Source: Hoeflea sp. (GTDB taxonomy: Bacteria > Pseudomonadota > Alphaproteobacteria > Rhizobiales > Rhizobiaceae). Taken from it: a DNA stretch of 64,000 nt. The stretch covers positions 5,335 through 69,334 of the forward strand of contig NZ_JAUXOD010000135.1 of NCBI RefSeq assembly GCF_030682515.1, read 5' to 3'. The notes below the pieces were generated by a model, which was not told the origin of the DNA, made no database searches, and saw only the letters and a list, made by a program, of their open reading frames with translations. Of the stretch, positions 59,536 through 64,000 are shown one piece after another. Position numbers and translations under genes: made by a program. How positions within the stretch are numbered: position 1 is the first letter of the stretch; every line of letters starts with the position of its first letter.

Positions 59536-60318
59536 ATGTCCGGCTTCAAGCCCTTCGAGATCATTCCCGGCGACCCGAGCCGTTCCCTGGTGATCCTCGC
59601 CGATCACGCCATGAACCGGCTGCCCGCCGAATATGGCGATCTGGGCCTGCCCGCAGAAGCCTTCAAGAGGCACATCGCCTATGACATCGGCGTGGAGGAC
59701 GTGACCCGCGGGCTCTGCGCCAGACTGGGGGTTCCCGCGGTGCTGGGGTGTTTCTCGCGGCTGCTGATCGATCCCAACCGCGGCGAGGACGATCCGACGC
59801 TGATCATGAAGCTCTCTGACGGAATGGTCATACCGGCCAATCATCCGCTCTCGGCGGAGGAGCGCGACCGTCGTCTCAATCTCTACCACCGCCCCTATCA
59901 CAACGCCGTCGCCACCACGATCGCCGAGGTCTGGCGCCTGTCGCGCAAACCGCCGCTGGTCATATCCCTGCATTCCTTCACCCACGCCTGGAAGGGCGTC
60001 GGCAGGCCCTGGCATGCGGGCGTGCTGTGGGACACCGACCCCCGTGCGGCACAGCTCCTGATCGGACTGCTGAGCGCCGATCCGGCGCTGGTCGTGGGTG
60101 ACAACGAACCCTATGACGGGGCGCTCAGGGGCGACACCATGCACCGGCATTGCTCGATGACCGGCCTGCCTCACGCCCTGCTCGAGATCCGCCAGGACCT
60201 GATCTCGGAAACGCCGGGCATCAAGTCCTGGGTCGACCGCCTCGCGCCGATTCTCGCCTCGCTGGCCGACAATCCGGATTTGCACCAGGTCGAGCTCCAC
60301 GGCTCGCGGGTGGTTTAG
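59536..60318 (+). CDS. N-formylglutamate amidohydrolase family protein
   Basis: DHA, HIAYDIG, SRLLIDPNR, YHRPYH, SLHSFT, GDNEPY, LLEIRQDL. Start inferred. Confidence 0.85.
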   Translation: MSGFKPFEIIPGDPSRSLVILADHAMNRLPAEYGDLGLPAEAFKRHIAYDIGVEDVTRGLCARLGVPAVLGCFSRLLIDPNRGEDDPTLIMKLSDGMVIPANHPLSAEERDRRLNLYHRPYHNAVATTIAEVWRLSRKPPLVISLHSFTHAWKGVGRPWHAGVLWDTDPRAAQLLIGLLSADPALVVGDNEPYDGALRGDTMHRHCSMTGLPHALLEIRQDLISETPGIKSWVDRLAPILASLADNPDLHQVELHGSRVV

Positions 60319-60458
60319 GGCGGCCGGCATCCCCATGTCCACAGGCGGGCGAATATTCCGCACAGAGAGCGCAAACGCCCTTGACCCGAAGCCTGCCTTT
60401 GGGCACTTGAGGCCCCACACGATCAACCCCTCCATCTTGTCAAATCAGGAGTGACCCC

Positions 60459-60725
60459 ATGTCTGATGCCGGCGCCGTAGCTCGCGACCAGCTCCGTTCC
60501 ATTGTCGAACGCATTGAACGGCTGGAAGAAGAAAAGAAGACCATCGCCGACGACATCAAGGATGTCTATGGCGAGGCGAAATCCAACGGATATGACACCA
60601 AGGTGCTGCGCAAGGTCGTGGCCATCCGCAAGCAGGACCAGAACGATCGCCTTGAGCAGGAGGCCATCCTCGACACCTACCTGCATGCGCTCGGCATGGC
60701 GCCGGAACCCGAAGACGCCAGCTGA
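60459..60725 (+). CDS. gapR: Nucleoid-associated protein GapR (DUF2312)
   Basis: [38 protein letters not shown]; AGGAG RBS. Confidence 0.92.
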   Translation: MSDAGAVARDQLRSIVERIERLEEEKKTIADDIKDVYGEAKSNGYDTKVLRKVVAIRKQDQNDRLEQEAILDTYLHALGMAPEPEDAS

Positions 60726-60867
60726 GGCCGCGGGGCTGGCTGGCCCGATCGAATGCCGAGAATCAAGCGAGGCCGCCACGAGGAAACTCGGGCGGCCTCG
60801 ATCATGTCAGGCTGGGTCTATCAGGCTGTCTTGTGCGATCGCAGGCGGCGCGCGCCCGAACGGAACC

Positions 60868-62736
60868 CTACTCGCCAAACCGCGCGACGGTGACGAAATT
60901 GACCGCCGATCCGGTGAACTGGTTGTGCGGCAGGTCGCCGCCGCCGGGCGCAAAGCCGTTCGCATAGACGACCTTTGGAGCGGCGCGCAGCTGGGTGACG
61001 ACGAATTGGCGCGATTTGTCGGGCGAGGGTGACATGGTCTGCACCCGTTCCTGCGCCAAGGCCCATTTCGAGATCATGGTGTTGGTGAGTTTGGGTTCCG
61101 TGCGGACCGCCGGACGCGGCGCCAGATCCGCGACCTGGGCCGCCGTCGGGCGGGCGCCCTTGCGCGGCGCGGAGGCATTTGCTGAAACCGTGGCCAGACG
61201 CTGGCCGCGCGGGGCCAGGCCCAGAGACGCCACTTCGACCTGCCCGGGCGCCTGGTCGCCGGCCTGCACCGGCGCGGGCGCGGCAGGGCCGTCCACGGCC
61301 AGATCGGCCGGCCTGCGGATCGGCAGGGGAACGAAATCCCCATCGGGAGCCGAAACCGCCGCCGTTTCGACCGGTGCGGGAGCGGGTGATGGCAGCGGAA
61401 CAGGATTGGCCGACGCCGAAGCGGTCTTGATCTCCACGTCGGCTTCCGATGCCTCGGCCAGCATGCGCGACCGGATCGGGGTCGGCACCGGCAGGGCTGC
61501 CACTTCCACTGCCTGTGCCTCGGGAGCCTGTGCAGGCGCCGGACCCGCACCGGCGGCTCGTTCGGCAAGAAGCACGGGAATGGGGGCACGAATGCTGGCA
61601 AGGTTGACAGGGACGCTCGCCGGCGGCGCGACAGCCACTTCCGCGCTGGCGGCGGCGGCAAACGCGTTGACCTCGGCCTGGGCGGGCAGGACCGGCTGCG
61701 GTGGCGCCAGAGCGGCGACAACGACCGGAGCCTCGAGCACAGGCCTTGCGTCCGGGACGGGCCCCCTGGTCGGCAGTACGAAGCCATTGACGGCGGCCGG
61801 CGCAGCGGCCTGGGGCGCATCCGCTACGCTCGGCATGGACGCGACTTCGACACGAGGCGGTGCGGGGGCAGGGGCAGGCGCCGCTATGATTTCATCGGGC
61901 GACTCGTCCTCGTCGCCGCCAAACAGGGCTGCCAGCAGGCCGCCCGAGCGCTTGCCGCTGCTCTTGGAATCGCCGCCACCGGTCGAGACGATCGCTCCGC
62001 CGCGCTTCTTGTATTCAGCCAGCGCGACATTGTAGCCAGGCAGCGGCTTGCCGTCCGGCGGGAGGTGAATCGTCTTGCCGTCCGGGAAAATCTGGCTCAG
62101 TTCCTGCCTGCTCATGCGCGGCCAGGCACGCACGCTTCCCGTATCAAGATGGATGAAGGGCGAACCCGATTTCGGGTAATAGCCGACGCCGCCGCCCTGG
62201 ATCTTCATGGCCGTGGCGCGCAAGGTGGCGAGCTTCACTCCCGGGATGAAGAAGTCCATCGCCGTGCCCATCGTATGCTGGCTTTTCTTGGCCTGACCGC
62301 CGCGGGTGCGACGCAACATGTCATTGGTGGCTGGCGAACGGTAGGCCGAGACGACATGGATATAGTCGCGCGCGCCGGTCTGCTTGTAGACTTCCCAAAC
62401 CAGGTCGAACAGTTTCGGGTCCATCTTGGTCGGCTCGTTGCGCCGCCAGTCCCGCAGGAAGCGGTTGAGCTTGGTCAGGCCGGCCTGATCATACCTGCCG
62501 TTGCGCTTGAAGACGATCTCGGCCTTTTCCTTGGTATGGATATAATAGAGCTTGAGCGAGCGGGTCTCCGCCGATGCGCTGGAGGCCGTGGCCAATCCCG
62601 CGCAGGTTGCAAACAGCGCAAGCAAGCAGAACCGAAACATCAATGACACGACCGCCATTCCCCGTCCGAGCCGCACGCTCGCAGCCGCATGCCTTGGGGA
62701 GTGTTCCAAATCTGAACCTGGTGTCATTATCGCCAA
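60868..62736 (-). CDS. DUF882/YcbK (peptidase M15) domain protein with a long Pro/Ala-rich extension
   Basis: LRDWRRNE, SAYRSPATN, SQHTMGTAMD, GGVGYY, FIHLDTG. Start uncertain (alternatives 62658 or 62640). Confidence 0.85.
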   Translation of the reverse strand: MAIMTPGSDLEHSPRHAAASVRLGRGMAVVSLMFRFCLLALFATCAGLATASSASAETRSLKLYYIHTKEKAEIVFKRNGRYDQAGLTKLNRFLRDWRRNEPTKMDPKLFDLVWEVYKQTGARDYIHVVSAYRSPATNDMLRRTRGGQAKKSQHTMGTAMDFFIPGVKLATLRATAMKIQGGGVGYYPKSGSPFIHLDTGSVRAWPRMSRQELSQIFPDGKTIHLPPDGKPLPGYNVALAEYKKRGGAIVSTGGGDSKSSGKRSGGLLAALFGGDEDESPDEIIAAPAPAPAPPRVEVASMPSVADAPQAAAPAAVNGFVLPTRGPVPDARPVLEAPVVVAALAPPQPVLPAQAEVNAFAAAASAEVAVAPPASVPVNLASIRAPIPVLLAERAAGAGPAPAQAPEAQAVEVAALPVPTPIRSRMLAEASEADVEIKTASASANPVPLPSPAPAPVETAAVSAPDGDFVPLPIRRPADLAVDGPAAPAPVQAGDQAPGQVEVASLGLAPRGQRLATVSANASAPRKGARPTAAQVADLAPRPAVRTEPKLTNTMISKWALAQERVQTMSPSPDKSRQFVVTQLRAAPKVVYANGFAPGGGDLPHNQFTGSAVNFVTVARFGE

Positions 62737-62841
62737 AATCGTCCCCGAACGCCGGAAAACCGTTGTTAATCACTATTTGGTGATCAATTGCGGTGACACA
62801 ATGGCGACCGCCGCCATGTATCGCTTTGGGATACCTTATAG

Positions 62842-62867
62842 TGAACGATCCCTTAACAAGGAATGAA
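62842..62867. promoter_or_regulatory. Two overlapping near-consensus CtrA boxes upstream of the DUF882 gene
   Basis: TGAA-N7-TTAA-N7-TGAA. Confidence 0.4.
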
Positions 62868-62913
62868 ACAGATCAATCCGGGGAAATTTTCCTGTGGGCC
62901 GCCCCTTCTGGCG

Positions 62914-64000
62914 TCAAGCGGCCTCCCGTCCGGGGTTGTCCGGATCGATCTCGTAATCCTTGAGCTTGCGGTACAAGGTGGAACGGCCGATGCCCAGACG
63001 GCGGGCAACTTCGCTCATCTGCCCGCGGTAGAATGACAGGGCAAAGCGGATGAGTTCTTCCTCGACTTCGGAGATCGGACGCACCTCGCCATCCCGCGTT
63101 ACCGCATTGACGGCGGGCACGCCGAAATCCGCAGGCAAGGCCGATGCCGCGTTCTCGGGCGGGGACTCCTGTTCAGGGCCGGCATTCGGGTCGGCCACCA
63201 TCAGGCCCGGCACCGCCGACGGCGGCAGGGCAAGCCCCTGGGACTCCTCGAAATCCTTCCGCGCCTCAAGATCGTAGCCCGGCATCTGGGCCGCGATCTG
63301 GGGGAAGAGCGCAGTCGTCAACATGTCGCCGTCGCACAGCACGATGGCTCTGTAGATGGCGTTTTCCAGTTCGCGGATATTGCCGGGCCAGTCATGGGCG
63401 GTCAGCAGCGCCATGGCTTCGGACGCGATCCCGCGAATGCGGTTTCCGCCGATCGTCTCCGAATAGTGCTGCGTGAAGTGGCGCACCAGTTGCGGAATAT
63501 CTTCCTTGCGCTTGCGCAGCGCCGGAACATGGATCGGAAACACATTGAGCCTGTAGTAGAGGTCCTCGCGGAACCGGCCGGCCTTCACCTCGGCGATCAG
63601 ATCCTTGTTGGTTGCCGAGATCAGGCGGACATCGACCTTTTTGGCCACCCGCGCGCCAATGGTCTCGATCTCGCCGGATTGAACCGCACGCAGCAGCTTG
63701 ACCTGGATCTCGTGCGGCAATTCACCGACCTCATCGAGAAACAGCGTGCCGCCATCGGCCTCGGCGAATTTCCCGGCATGGCGCTCGGACGCGCCGGTAA
63801 AGGCGCCCTTCTCATGGCCGAAGAGGATGCTCTCCACCAGATGTTCGGGAATAGCGCCGCAGTTGACCGTGACGAACGGCTTGTTGCGGCGAAGGCCTTC
63901 GGCCTGGATGGCATGCGCGATCATTTCCTTGCCGACGCCGGATTCGCCTTCCAGCACCACGGGAATGGTCGAGGCCGCGGCGCGATGGCCAAGCGAAATC
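62914..64000 (-). CDS. tacA: Sigma54-dependent activator, TacA-like; C-terminal part, runs off the right edge
   Basis: GESGVGKE, GAFTGA, LFLDEVGE, FREDLYYRLN, WPGNIRELEN, C-terminal Fis HTH; the frame stays open to 64000. The tacA name rests on recalled synteny with DUF882-gapR; the bEBP call itself is secure. Confidence 0.8.
   Translation of the reverse strand, partial: ISLGHRAAASTIPVVLEGESGVGKEMIAHAIQAEGLRRNKPFVTVNCGAIPEHLVESILFGHEKGAFTGASERHAGKFAEADGGTLFLDEVGELPHEIQVKLLRAVQSGEIETIGARVAKKVDVRLISATNKDLIAEVKAGRFREDLYYRLNVFPIHVPALRKRKEDIPQLVRHFTQHYSETIGGNRIRGIASEAMALLTAHDWPGNIRELENAIYRAIVLCDGDMLTTALFPQIAAQMPGYDLEARKDFEESQGLALPPSAVPGLMVADPNAGPEQESPPENAASALPADFGVPAVNAVTRDGEVRPISEVEEELIRFALSFYRGQMSEVARRLGIGRSTLYRKLKDYEIDPDNPGREAA

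Noticed and set aside
60319-60458. Apparent absence of a small gene (DUF1244) that I recall between the amidohydrolase and gapR in some rhizobia
   Set aside because: Based only on memory of synteny; the 140-bp gap shows no recognisable remnant, and this cannot be verified without alignment.
623-62035. Many long antisense or alternative-frame ORFs (e.g. 623-2077, 2090-4096, 8688-10643, 28446-30137, 31612-33459, 40834-42690, 54266-56254)
   Set aside because: They overlap well-supported genes on the other strand or frame and have no motifs; this is expected from stop-codon scarcity in high-GC DNA.

Overview
GC-rich chromosomal core region of an alphaproteobacterium; gene content and order indicate Hyphomicrobiales (Rhizobiaceae/Phyllobacteriaceae-like). 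It carries glmM, ftsH, tilS, the tol-pal-cpoB cluster, the sulfolipid operon sqdBDC, ruvCAB, yebC, 6S RNA with zapA, the tkt-gap-pgk-fba cluster, rcdA, rpmE, efp, purEK, rpmJ, pyk, gapR and a partial TacA-like sigma54 activator. No phage, IS, rRNA, tRNA or CRISPR was seen. The most unusual element is the Holliday-junction operon, which reads ruvC-[AbrB+VapC #1]-ruvA-[AbrB+VapC #2]-ruvB-NUDIX. Two dissimilar type II toxin-antitoxin cassettes are interleaved, each with its own sigma70-type promoter and palindromic operator. Each toxin stop codon overlaps the start of the next ruv gene (ATGA). A perfect alphaproteobacterial LexA box (GTTC-N7-GTTC) encloses the -35 of the first cassette. Other leads are a predicted CtrA-linked sRNA with anti-Shine-Dalgarno loops upstream of rcdA, a chemoreceptor plus solo LuxR-HTH insertion separating 6S RNA from ygfA, a coupled desaturase plus signal-less binding-protein pair, an orphan MotA/MotB-like pair, and tandem palindromic operators before the aldolase. 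All product calls come from motif recognition by eye; no database searches were run. Several starts were moved from the ORF track to better-supported codons.
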